This document shows positions 14,511 through 28,005 of a stretch of DNA of 64,000 bases, one piece after another. The first letter of the stretch is position 1. Each line of letters starts with the position of its first letter. The notes under the pieces were generated by a model. The model searched no databases and was not told where the DNA came from. It saw only the letters and a program-made list of their open reading frames with translations. The DNA is from Octopus sinensis (Eukaryota). A program made the translations under genes and the position numbers. The stretch covers positions 80,972,001 through 81,036,000 of the forward strand of contig NC_043001.1 in assembly GCF_006345805.1 (NCBI RefSeq). The letters run 5' to 3'.

Positions 14511-16159
14511 CTTTCTATTACTTGATAAACTTCAATCTTTGTCCATTAACTTAGATAATGGCAGCAATATATCTGGAATTGTAACAGACCCCTGGCAGAT
14601 GATTCTTTTGTTTTTTTAAATGCTTATATGTAGTTATATTTTTGGTTGCCATGGTTTTGGTTATAACAGTTTGAGGGTTCTGGTGGATTGGATGTGGAAA
14701 GATAATGCTCATATCCTTTCCAGGCCTTTTGTGGCATGGTAGATGTTGGTAGCAATGGTTGTGTTTAGTTCAAGTCAATAAGTCAACCTGATTCCATCTG
14801 ACCTATGGTCAAAGTTCTTCCAGCCAGCCAGCTATAATCCTTGTACCTTTTACCCATACATATTGTATCTAGTTTTACATTATGCAATGTCTCTGTTTTC
14901 TTTAAAAAGAATAAGAGAGCAAAAAAGACAGCCAGCTGTAGTGGTAGTGGTGGTGGTGGTGATGATCATGGTGGTAGTGGTGGCAGTGGTTGACATAGTT
15001 GTGATGGTGATGTCAGCTATGATTGTTGAGGTGGTGGTGTGTCAGCAGTGGTGACAATGGCAGTGATGGTAGTAGTGGTGGTGATGACTGCAGAAGTGGT
15101 GATGGTGGCAGTGGTCATTGTGGTGTCTGTAATGGAACTGGTGTTTGTGGTGTTGGTGTTGTTGTTGTTGTTGTTGGTGGTGGAGGTGGTGGTTCTCATC
15201 ATCGTACCTGCAATGGTGAGAATCATTAATGCTGTAGAAACAGCGACACATGTCACTCTTTGAGTTAGGAAGCAGGTGTACAGTAGCAAATTAAAGATCG
15301 GTTTTTATGGATGTTGCCGAGATGCTTGATCTGCTGTTCTGGTGCCATTTCCCTCCAAGAGTTCTTGACTCTTGGAGATAAATAGAAAACAAAAGAAAAC
15401 AATGAGGAGTCAGAGATGGTGGGAGTGTTATAAGGTGGGAAGGAGGAGAAGAAGAAGGAAGTGAAGTAGTTGATGTACAGAAGATAGAAAGGGAGAGCAA
15501 GTGACATCAATGTAGAAGTAGAAGTATTAGAGATAGATTGAAAGATTAACAAGAGAAAAAGCATAGGTAGACAGATTGGCAGACAGACAGATATATTGAT
15601 TGATGGACAGACAGATAGATAGGTAGGTAAATAGATAAACAGACAAACAGAAGAATAGAAAAGAGTGAGTGAATAGAGACAGACAGACAGACAGACAGGC
15701 GAACCAATGGACAACAAGAGATGTGTAGACACATCATTAATATTTTCTCTCTGCATCCATCCAAAACATCTGCCTACTTGTAGCTGTTTTACCTTAATTG
15801 ACTTTATAGAACTTTTAACATTTGATACTACTTCTCTCTTTCTCTCTCTCATTCTCTCTCTCTCTTTCTCTATACACACACACACTCACACATTCTCTTT
15901 TTGAGAATCACTCATCATAATGTCTTTTGGAGAGAGATCTATTGCTAGAAAGTAAAGGATTTTTTCTTTTCTTTCTCTACTTTCTTATTCTTCTTGACTT
16001 CACACTTCTTTTAATTAACCACAAAATTATATGAAGACACCAAACCCACAGCACCCAACTGTCATGATTCGAAAGAAGCAATACTTAAAAATAATAACAA
16101 TAATATTAGTAACAATGATGATGATAGTAGTAATTAGAAAATCGTAATGGTGATAATAA

Positions 16160-16580
16160 TTCCTTCTGCATTGAGCTCAAGGCTTAGAATTTAGTGGGAA
16201 AGGAGGCTAGTCAATTACATCAACCCTAGTACTTAACTGGTACTTATTTTATTGATTCAGAAAGGTTGGAAGCAAAGTCAACCTTAGCAGAATTTGAACT
16301 CAGAATGTAAAGACTGATGAAATACTTCTAAGCATTTTGCCCAATATGCTAATGATTCTGCCAGCTTACCAACTTAATCCTTTCTATTAAAGGTATAAGG
16401 CTTGAAATTTTAGGGGAAGGGACATGTCAAATACATCGACCCCAGTGTTTCACTGGTACTTAATTTATCAACCCTGAAAGCATGTATGGCAAAGTCAACC
16501 CTGGTGGAATTTCAAAAGATGAAGTGCTGCTTAGCATTTTACCCTGCATACTAACAATTCTGCCAGTTTGCCACCTTTCC
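16160..16580 (-). mobile_element. Two tandem SINE family A copies
   Basis: CTGGTACTTA..AAAGTCAACC..GAATTT..AGCATTTT..TTCTGCCAG blocks occur twice, next to (AAT)n. Confidence 0.8.
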
Positions 16581-19315
16581 CAACTTAATAATAACAATAA
16601 TAATAATTGTAATATTACTATAATGGTTGTAATGATGATGTAAAACTTGAACTTTTGTTTATTTCTTTTGTTTTGTTTTGTTTTTTCCTAATCACAGTGA
16701 ATTTCCAATCACCTTCACAATACACAAATAGTCAATTAGATTTCTTGACATCGTCAGAAATCCTCAAATAATTAAATTTTTGTAGTTTATTCATTTATTT
16801 ATTTTTTTGATGAGGGTGTCCATCCAAGTTTCAACCCCCAACACCTTTCTTATTCTCCAGTTCACGTTACACAACAAAATGTCTAGCTCAGATGTCAGCA
16901 GTGAGTTTTGAAAAAAATGAATAAAATGGACAAAAGAAGGTACAAAAACAAAAAAAAGTAAAAAGTAAAAAAAAAAAGAACCTAATAAAAAGGAAAGAAG
17001 GAAAAGAAAGAGGACTGGAAGATTTGGTGGATGAACTTGGTGATTGCTTAATAAAAAGCTAATGAATGTGTTGCTCCTTGTTTAGTGACAGCCTCATCAT
17101 CAACATTATTGCCATGATCATCACTATCATCATCATCATGTGCATTATGCATATATCATTATCACCACCTTCATCATCATTATTACCAACATTACCATCA
17201 TCATCATTATCATCGTTGTTATCACTTTTTAATGTTAAGTTATTTTGTACTTTTAGTGGAGAGTGGTTGTTATTTTTATATGCACACATACTCTCATATT
17301 TTATAAGCACACATACTCTCTTTTTATATGCACATATATTCATAAACACAACACACTCTCACACACACAAACACATAGATATGCTTGTAACCATATGTAT
17401 AGTTTATAAGTACATGCATAAATACACACACACACACACACAAACATGTGTTCACTCCCATATATATACACATCATCATCGTAATTATTATTTTACCTCC
17501 ACTTTTCCATGCTGGTATGAGAATTGAATAGATGATCAAAGATGGAGTCAGATATTCAGTCACCACTGTCTTAGATAGGTCTGGATCCATACTTTATTCA
17601 TTCATTTTATTTTGGCATATTGTCTATATAAGGCAATGATCTGGCAGGGTCTTTAACATGTCTGACAAAATGCTTAGTAGCATATCTTCCTATGCTTTAT
17701 GTTTTGAATTCAGATCCTGCCAAGGTCAACTGTGCCTTTCATGCCTGATAGAAAATAAAGTACCCAGTCTTGTACTGGGTTCCATATCTTTCAGTGTTTT
17801 ATGTTCTGAATTCAGATCCTGTGAAAGGATCTGAATTGTGTTCTGGGTCACTTGTATGCTCTGGAAACTGGGTAACTGGCCTAATGAATCCTTGGGCTCA
17901 AGAACAAACGAGTTTTTTTTTATAGTTGGAGATCCTTCTAAACAGCAACTACTCTACAAAATGAATTTGGTGAATTTTGCGATGGCAACCAGCACCAGAA
18001 AGATTTTTACGTCCCCAACAAAACTGAGTCCAGATTGTTCATTTGCAAATCCCTTTATACTTTATGGAGTGATCTGGATGTGGTTTATTATGGTAACCAG
18101 CACCAAAGAAGTGGTAAAGTGCACTGCAAGGCAATTGACTCCTCTCTGTCCTTTTTTATCTTTGTTCATTTGCCAACCAATCACTTTAAACTTTACAGAG
18201 TGAACTGGTTGCAGTTTTTCATGGCACCATCACTAGAGAGGTAGTAATACCCCCAGCAAAATTAAGTTATCTGTTTATTTTCAAATCACTTTATGGAGTG
18301 GGATGGCTACAATTTATTGTGGCACCAGTACCAGAGAAGTAATCAGGCTCACAGCAAGACTTAAGATTCTTCTCTGTCCTGTTTTATCTCCATTCAGTTG
18401 CCAATCATATTATTCATTATAGAGTGAACTGGGAAGCTGTGTCTTCAGCACTAAAGACTAGTTTCTACATCCTCAGACAGGTATATACTTAGATAAAGGT
18501 TGAAATTGAAAGAGAAATAAAGATGGAATAGTTTGAGAAAGAAATGCTTTACTCTGCTTGTCTCTCCTTGCTCTTTTGCCTCTCTTGTCTCTCTCTCCCC
18601 ATCTCCTTTAGTTCTGGCTCCTCTCTGAAGACCTTCCCATTTAGTGGTCTTCACCTGTTGTTGTTGAAGAGCTTGTTATGTGTATTTATACCCTCCCTCT
18701 AACCTTGCTGTTGTTACCACCACGTGAATGAAGAACCTGAACTTTTGCATCTCCACCTTTTAATGAAAACGAGGCAACAATTGACACAGTTTACCTTTCA
18801 GTCTCTTTAACAAAAAAACTTGCATTGGTGGCAGAGGAGGTTGTGATGGCACTGTGGCTGTAGGGGGGAGGTTGAAGTAATTAATTAATGAAAAGAAAAG
18901 AAAAAGATTGGGAAAGAAAATGAATGAATAAAAAGGAAATAACAAGAAGTTAATTTATTATTCATAATTTACTCCGTTAGTTTTCCTTTCATCTTTGTGG
19001 TTTTGTATATATATATATTATATTTGTTTCCTTTTCATTATTCTGTTTTACTTTGCTTCTCTCTCTTCATATTTATCTTTGTAGGAATTTTGCTGGAATG
19101 ATTAAACTGCAGCAGTTTTTACTTTATTTTTGGGATTCTTTCTTAATTTATTTTGTTTTTTCTTGAGTTTGTTAAGAGCGTATGAATGAAACAAGCTGCT
19201 CTACCGAAGTGCATAGTTAATTAGGTGCCAGACTTGAAGTAGCTAATTAAATACCTGTTGGTATATTAAAACATGGATACATGCATATGTAGCTGTTTTT
19301 TAACACATGTGCTGC

Positions 19316-19349
<34 letters not shown>

Positions 19350-19428
19350 ATATTGTGTTTAAAAATCTAAAATACATATATGCATAGATATACCTGCATG
19401 AATATATGCTCTTTCATATATGCATGTC

Positions 19429-19467
<39 letters not shown>

Positions 19468-19789
19468 GTAAATACATGAATGTGCTCTCACATATTTATA
19501 TCCACACACATGCACTTAAACAGCTTATCAACAGAATGCATATCTTTGTACTGAGATACATAAGATATAATTGCATACAAATAAGATACTTCTACGCAAA
19601 TAAACTCACTCTTCCTTTTCTCACACAGACATGCACACTCTTATAAACACTCATACACTTATAGACACCCACATGTACACTTACAGACATTCACATGTGC
19701 ACTTGACTATCTGAGATCTTGAAATATACTTGCAGTGTACAGAGAACATATGTACTCCTCCCTCTTCTTCATCTCTCCAGGCATCCTTC

Positions 19790-20160
19790 TCTGTCCACTA
19801 TTCTAGAGAAGGCCATAGAAGTAAATGGATTCCAAGTGTGACTAACAGGGAACTATGGATATTATCCAACCATCTCATTCTTGGTCTACCTCTGAGTCTC
19901 CTGTTGGTTGGCTCAGCCTACAGAATCCATCTTGCAATTCTTCACTGACTTTTCAATGCTAAGTAGTGGTGGCTCAATCTGGAGCTCCAAACTAGGCACA
20001 ATGCTGAGTAACATTACTCCAGAAATCCTCCAGAGGACCCCCATTTTGGTTGCTTGTATTTGGAATTGTACTCTTTCAGTCTTTACCTGACATTTATGAT
20101 CATAGATGAGGACAGGTACTTGAATTGGAGACAGCAAAGTTTTTTTGGGTTTTTTTTCCA
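19790..20160 (-). mobile_element. RTE-clade LINE 3' remnant (disrupted)
   Basis: Translates to TERVQFQIQATKMGVLWRISGV and, in another frame, RIARWIL*AEPTNRRLRGRPRMRWLDNI, typical of the post-RT C-terminus of RTE elements; homologous to 52430-52770. Confidence 0.8.
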
Positions 20161-21525
20161 TCAATGACGATAGATGCTGACACAGCTATGAGGTTAAGAA
20201 GTTTACTTTCTAGCCACATGCTTCTGGGTTCTGTCCCATTGTGTGTCACCTTGGGCAAGAATCTTCTACTATAGCTGTGGGTCAACCAAAGCCTTGTGAG
20301 TGGATTTAGTTGACAGAAACCGAAAAATGCCAATTGTCTGCATGCATACACACACCCACACATAATGTATGTATGCATGTGTGTGTTACTGTCACTTTGT
20401 CTTTGCTTCATATGATAGTTGTTAACAAATGTTACTGGCATTCAAGTTATGTTCTTTGTTTCCAATTTTCTGTGTAAACCTGTAGGGTCATGGATCCTTA
20501 TTTGGAAATCGGTAAAGGTTGGTGACAGGAAGGGCATCAAGTTGTAGAAGATCCACCTCAGCAAATTCCCTCTGATGTGCATATATGAATTTGTATGTGT
20601 GTATGTATGTGTGTCTTTGTGTTAGTTAAACCCCACCCTACTGCTTGACAACTGGTGTTGCTTTGTTTATATCCCCATTATCTAGTGGTTCAGCAAAAGA
20701 AATCTAGAGAATAAGAACCTGACTTTAAACAAAAACAAAAGAAATATAATTACTGAGGTCAATTTGTTTCACTAAAACCATTCAAGGCTATGGCCACAGT
20801 TCAGTGACTGAAAAAAACAAAACCTATGCCTGATGATAATATTGGGTGTAGTTGTGTGAAGTAGATTGGTGGGATTGTCAGATTCAGATGAGACATTTGT
20901 ACTTGGAATTTTGCCTAGGCTAAAATCTCCTTATACTATGACTGAGGGAAGACATCAAGACAGACCATAGCAGATAATGGCATGATATCTCTCTGCCACA
21001 TCTCAACACAGCCTTAGATCTGAAGGGTCAAGTATTGTTGGGATATTGAACTTCAGTCTCTTCCTTCATATTAATAAAACTGGTGGGGGAAACAGCCTGA
21101 GGGTTTCAGTGACCTTTTTGGAAATATATTCTGCAATGAGGAAATGCAGTCAGCAAAGTGAGCCTGTAACCGTGTGTGTGTGTGTGTGTGTGTGTTTGTT
21201 TGTTTGTATTTGTTTGTGTTTGTGGTGTGTGCTGCATAATCTTATGTGTATGTACCTATATTGGTGTGTGTATTCATGTATCTGTATAGGAATCATGGTT
21301 AATATTTCTTAGGTTAATATGATTGTTTATTGCTACGGAGAGAAATTTTGTGTGTGTGTGTGTGTGTGCATGTATGTATAATATACACACACATGCAACC
21401 TTTACTCTTTCTCTGCTTCCTTCCATACATATACACATACACATGCATGTCTTATTCTTTCTCTCTTTCCTTCCATATATTTACACATACAGTCTCTCTT
21501 CCCCCCCTCTCTCTCTCTCTTTCTA

Positions 21526-21566
<41 letters not shown>

Positions 21567-22734
21567 TGCATGCATGCACACACACACATCTAGTTATCTA
21601 TCTAGCTATCTGAGATATATATTAGACAACATACATCAATTCACACATACCAACATATGCATTATTTATTTGCACATGCACACACAAACCTGCACGCAAA
21701 TCTAAGCTACAGAATAAAAATTGGTCAGTTCCCTTGTTTTGAGTGGAAGTGTATGTATATGTCGATAGAATTTTTTTTTTTTTTTTTATTCTTTTTGCAT
21801 GTGCAATATCTAAATTACACCAGATACATACCTATGATTGGATTTATATCCTCCAGCAATTCTATGATTAGCCCTTCCTCCCTCTCCACCCACTTCCTTG
21901 CCAAATATTGCATGCACGTTAAAAGGGTGCAATTTGCCAAATGTTCTTTGATTCATCCTGATTGACCTAGCATGGAATATTGAATAAAGCGAAAGCTCTG
22001 CCGCATTATTCTGGATCAACGAGAGGAACACAGAAGACAGCTGTTGTTTGGTGTTCTAACTACTGGGGCTCTTTTGAAAAGGGAACTTAAGGCCAGAGTT
22101 GAATTGTAAGCATACCCACCACCACCATCACATACAAATGCACACAAACACACACATACACACACCCTTAGACCCTCACCTTTCTTTTTCATTTGTGGTG
22201 TGCTGCAAATCCTGCAATTACCCAGACCTTTTATGCACTTGATCTGACATCTTTATATGTGATCCTTTAACGCCGTGTGTTCGGAATTATCCATTTCCGA
22301 CCAATATTCACAGTGATGATGCTGATGTCGTTGGGGAATAGTGATGGTTATGCTAATAATGGTAATGATGATCGTGTTGGTGGTGGTGGTCGTGGTGATT
22401 ATGATGATGATGAAAACAATGGTGACAACTGGTGGTGATGATGATGATGATTGTAGCAATGATGACAATGGTAATAGTTGTGGTGCTGATGATGGTGATG
22501 ATGACAGTAGTGGTGATGAGGATGATGATGATGATGATGTTAAGAATGATGGCGACATGCCTGATTCCATTGTCAAGATTGTATCATTTGCTGGTGTCAA
22601 GCATATTGGAAATAACAGCAGTTGCTACAGTACTGATGGTGGTAACTGTGCTGTTGTTATTTAACCCAGGTCAGCACCGATTCAGCAGATACATAATGAA
22701 AGACATACCTTTTGCAACTGTCTCTCTCTTTCTC

Positions 22735-23129
22735 TTTTACTCTTTTACTTGCTTCAGTCATTTGATTGTGGCCTTGCTGGGGCACTGCCTTTAGTTGAGC
22801 AAATCGACCCCAGGACTTATTCTTTGTAAGCCTAGTACTTATTCTATCCGTCTCTTTTATCAAACCGCTAAGTTACGGGGACATAAACACACCACCATCA
22901 GTTGTTGAGTGATGTTGGGGGAACAAACACAGACACACAAACATAAACACATACATACATATATATGACGGGCTTCTTTTAGTTTCCGTCTACCAAATCC
23001 ACTCACAAGGCTTTTGTTGGCCCGAGGCTATAGTAGAAGATAATTGCCCAAGGTGCCATGCTGTGGGAATGAACCCAGAACCGTCTTGTTGGTAAGTAAG
23101 CTACTTACCACACAACCACTCCTGCGCCT
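22735..23129 (-). mobile_element. Full-length, relatively young SINE family B
   Basis: Complete head to tail with CpGs retained; minus strand reads GGCACCTTGGGCAA (CORE-like) and GGATTTGGTAGACGGAAACT. Confidence 0.88.
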
Positions 23130-24427
23130 ATATTTTTTTTTTATTGTAATGTGCTGTAGGAATCTCGGGACTATATTAGTCAATGTATCTTTTTCTAAGC
23201 TGGCATCTTTCATTTGTTTTAATCATTCGACTGTGGATTTGCTGGAACACCAACTTGAAGAGATTTTAGTCAAACAAATTGACCCCAGTAATTATTTTTC
23301 AAGTCTGGCACTTATTCTATTAGTCTCTTTTTGCTGAAACACTAAGTTATGGTGAAGTAAACAGCAACACTGGTTGTCAAGTGGTGACACCTTGAAATTT
23401 TGTCGTTGCGAAGCAAATTTCTTACCCACATGACAATACTTGCACCAGCACTGTCACAACAATCACCATTGCCAATCACCCCTAAAGTTGCCAGTACCCC
23501 TATGACAAATCAATTTGGTTATATAATCTTAATCTGCCAGAAATTAAGCCAATTCTCTAAATCTCACTAAAGTCCACTATTCTTTTTATATCTCCAGGGA
23601 CTAGGGCAGATAAAATAAGTACTATTCTTAGAGTAGGTATCAGGAGCAATTGAAAATAAATGAACTTTCCCCCATATGTTTGTGCCCATCATCCTATATA
23701 TAGACAAATTTCTTCATTGTTATCGGTACTGGATGGCAGTATCAGTAGAATGTTGAACTTGGTGGTATTTAGTGACATTCATTTCCCTATGTTCTGTGTT
23801 CAAATCTTCTGTTTGTTAGTTTTGTCTTTCATCTATCTGAAATCAATAAAACCTGCAGCAGACTACAAGTATCAGTATTGATATTATTGGTTGTACCCTT
23901 GAAGGCAGCATCCTGACATTAACTATATTCCTGTGATTCCATCCAGTACAAGATTGGAAAAAAAAAAAAAAAAAATTACCATTTTTATTTTCAGCAACAA
24001 ATGTACAAAGTGAGTACATTGTTGGGGTTGTATGCTGAAATCGCATGTTAAGTAAAAGACAGATGTGTGGTGATGGTGCTGATAATGACAGTGATGATGA
24101 TGATGAAAGATGATGGGTGGATCAAATGATTCTTGAATTCTTACAGGTTGCAATGGTGGTGGTAGTGGTGGTGGGGGTGTTGTGTGGTGCTGGGATGGTA
24201 TGGTTTGGAAAAGAGTAAGATGAGACTGTAAAAGCATCGGTTAAAGATTAGAGATGAAACATAACAATAACAAGACAGACAGCATTATCGCAATTAATGA
24301 AGAAAGCTTCGGTATCATGTGACCAAGGTTAAGGAGGTGATGACCCAATTACTTCTCAATCACCACCAACATGATCATTACAATCTATCTTTACAGTACC
24401 CTCACTCCACCATCACTACTACAACCA

Positions 24428-24532
24428 CCACCACAACCTCCACTGTCATCAGCACCATCACCACCACAACCTCCACTGTCATCAGCACCATCACCACCAC
24501 AACCTCCACTGTCATCAGTACCATCACCACCA
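24428..24532. repeat. 33-bp minisatellite x3 inside an (ACC)n-rich tract
   Basis: CACCACAACCTCCACTGTCATCAGCACCATCAC repeated three times. Confidence 0.85.
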
Positions 24533-25107
24533 CAGCAACAGCCTCAACAACAATCACTGCAACTACCACCACAACCGCAACAACAAGCACTGCAGCTACT
24601 ACTACTACTACCACCACCAACAACAACAAGCCCCACAACTACCACCATCATCACAATAATCATCATTACAATCTCGCTTTACTGCTAATATCACCACCAT
24701 CATGACCTCTTCCACAAAAACTACCATCGTCACCCCTTCCCCCTAAATCAATACATGACATAAAAATCTATCAAGTGTTACAAAAGTCACTAATGGTTCG
24801 GTTAGGTACCGTACAGCAGATGGTGTGACAGTTCTTGCAGAGCTCAATATCTCAACAATCTACTGAAACATGCATGCATGCATGTATGTATGTTATGTAT
24901 AAACATGTGTATGTATGCATGGCACCGGTGGGTATAGTGAAGCTGGCTATGAATACACACAGAAATACTACAAAGAAATGGCATACGAGATGGTGTTCAC
25001 TTTTCTTTCTTGTTAAAATAAATCCTCCTAATATCTCATAAGAGTTTTAGTCATAGATTGCTTAATATAGTTTTATTAGTAGTCTCATAATACACCTCCT
25101 ATACTGA

Positions 25108-25149
<42 letters not shown>

Positions 25150-27039
25150 TTAGTGTATATGTGCAAAAATTGACATCTGCCTATGTACATACATACACAC
25201 ACTTGCATACTTCATTGTCATCATTAAATAGAAGACAGGTGCGCGTATGGCTTTGTGGTAAGAATTTTAATTCCCAACTATATGGTTTTGTGTTCAGTCT
25301 CACTGCATGGCACCTTGGCAAAATATCTCCTATTATAGCCCTGGGGCAACCAAAGCCTTATAAGCTGATCTATCACATATGTTTATGTATAGATAGATAG
25401 ATGTATACATACATCTCTTTGAGATAAAATCAAGATCTTAGTTTTATCTTGAAGAGTTCAGTTAAATGAATGTAAGTGCTAATAAAGAATTATTCAAAAT
25501 TCTGACTGCTTCCTTTTTCTTAATATTCAATATTTGTACATCACCTCAAATATATACAGCTACAATACAGAATGATGATGGACTATAACCTCAGACTCTG
25601 CCACAAAAATAAACTGTTCTTTACTAATGTAAAAAATATTGTTAGCCTGGTGTGTTAACAGATAGCTTATAAAGTATTTTGCCTGGATTGTTAATCCCTA
25701 ATTAATAATTCTTTGTTCTACACACACACACACACACATGAGGCTATATGAAAATATTACCTTTGTAGGAAACAGGTGAGGGTTGGCAACAGGAAAGGCA
25801 TCTGGTCATTGACTGTGTGGCTCAATAGACTCTGTCCATCCCTTACAAGATTGGAGAAGTGAACGTTAAAATGATAATGATTTTATGTATATGTGTGTGT
25901 GTGTGTGTGTTTAAGTATGGACATTATGACATGTGTAACATTGAGTATGAATGTATATGTGTATATCCTATAGCCGAAGAGAAGATAAATCGTAAGACAA
26001 AATAATAAACCATGTCTAAATTGAAAAGCAAAAAATTCTAATAAATCACTGACAATTATTTTTGTTTACTTTTGATTTTTATCTTCACATATTTTTGATA
26101 ATTGGTCAATTTTTTGCATAAAGGATGAAAGAAAAATACATAAAATATAATTCTTAATCTTAAAATACTTGACAATAATGATTGTCTGTTGACTTGAAAC
26201 TTGTCTTTTACACAAAATTTCTGGAACATATCGTGTCTCTCTCTTTCTCTCCTTCTCTCCCTCTCCTCACACTTTCTCTCCCTCTTTCTTTCTTTCCCTA
26301 GTGATGGTGGGGGATAAACACATGCACATTGACATACACACACACACACACACACACACAAGGACTATCTACCAAATTCAGTCACAAGGTATTAGTCAAC
26401 CAGAGTCTATAGTAGAAGATACATACCCAAGATGCCATGATGTGTGACTGCCACCTCCCCCACCAAAAAAAAAGGTTTATTGTTTGAGCTGGCAGAATTT
26501 TTACAGAACTAGGCAAAATGCTCAGTGGCATTGCATCCATCTTTATGTTTCTAAGTTCAAATGCCCCAGGTCAACTTTCATCCCTTTGAGGTTGATAAAA
26601 TAAGTGCCTGTTGGGCACTGGGACCAATATAATCAGCTAACCCCTTCCCAGAAGATAGTGGCCTTGTACCAAAATTTGAAAGCTGTATTACCCTTGTACT
26701 TTCATTGTTGTTATACTTGCTTGCAGTATAGATTTGTTATGCTTATTTTCTCTTTTTTTTCTTTCTCATTTCAGGTAAGACAATATTTTATTTTACAAGC
26801 ACATAAAAAAAAAAGAACAATCTACAGAAACAATAAAAACTAAAAGAGTGAAAAGGTAATGGAAAACTTTTGAAAATCATTTCAGCTAGTAAGAATTCTT
26901 AATTTTGCTATTAATTTTTTTTTTCTTCTCTGCATTTTTTAATGTGTATGTGAATTTTATAGAGTTGGTCATGGTGGCTGTCTTGATGGTAGAGTATCAG
27001 GCTACTTGATGGGTTATACATTATGTGCCTTTTGTTGAA

Positions 27040-27605
27040 GTGAAGGCACATGGCTAAGTAATTAGGATATCCGTAAGGTTATGATTTTGGTTCTAAGCAG
27101 TGAGTTGTGTCCTTGAGTCAGACACTTTATTTCACATTGCTCTAGTTCAATCACCCGGCAAAAATGAGCAGTACCTGTATTTCAAAGGGCCAGTCTTATC
27201 ACATTCTGTGTCATGCTAAATCTCGCTGAAAGCTTCGTTAGCGGTATACATGTCTGTGGAGAAGGCGGCGAGCTGGCAGAAATGTTAGCACGCCGGGCGA
27301 AATGCGTAGCCGTATTTCGTCTGCCGTTACGTTCTGAGTTCAAATTCCGCTGAGGTCGACTTTGCCTTTCATCCTTTCGAGATCGGTTAAATAAGTACCA
27401 GTTACAGGGGTCGATACAATCGACTTAATCCGTTTGTCTGTCCTTGTTTGTTCTCTCTGTGTTTAGCCCCTTGTGGGTAGTAAAGAAATAGGTATGCATG
27501 TCTGTGGAGTGCTCAGCCTCTTGCACGTTAATTTCACAAGTAAGCTGTTCCATTGATCGAATCAACTGGAACCCTTGTCATCATAATTGACAAAGCAACG
27601 GTGCC
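27040..27605 (+). mobile_element. SINE family D copy split by a younger family A insertion
   Basis: Head TGAAGGCACATGGCT; the body resumes after the duplicated target site at 27491-27509. Confidence 0.75.
27262..27490 (+). mobile_element. Young intact SINE family A with 19-bp target-site duplication
   Basis: GGCGGCGAGCTGGCAGAA..GAGTTCAAATTCC (B-box-like)..GCCTTTCATCCTTTCG; TSD GGTAT(A/G)CATGTCTGTGGAG at 27243-27261 and 27491-27509. Confidence 0.92.
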
Positions 27606-28005
27606 TTTGGTGAAAGATGTTTTTACCTTGGATTAACATTTCTTTCTGGAATAATTCAGCTTGTCTAGATGTAAATTAGTTCTTAATTAAGTCCTCTGTT
27701 TGGTTATGGAACATAGGCCTCCAACAGCTTTCACTCTCTGTTTGCAACTCTGGGCAAATCTGATCTTTCAGAATAATAGCCACAGAGATTTAATGAGATG
27801 TTATAGAAGCAGTCTGCAGTTTTTTTTTTTATTTATTTTATTTTTTTTTATACTAGGTTCTGTATTCTATTCTATTTGTTACAGAACCATTACAGCCAAT
27901 GTTACACATCAGTTTCACACCAGATATCTGATAACAGGGCAGCTATCTAACACACATGCTTGTCAGTGATGGCAGGCATGGAAAAAATTGAAGAGCCTTT
28001 TTTTT

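Noticed and set aside
18059-18445. ~230-bp degenerate direct repeat
   Set aside because: Old duplicated fragments that look related to repeat family C; no further structure
27262-27350. tRNA gene
   Set aside because: A/B-box-like motifs belong to a multi-copy SINE head; no complete cloverleaf seen
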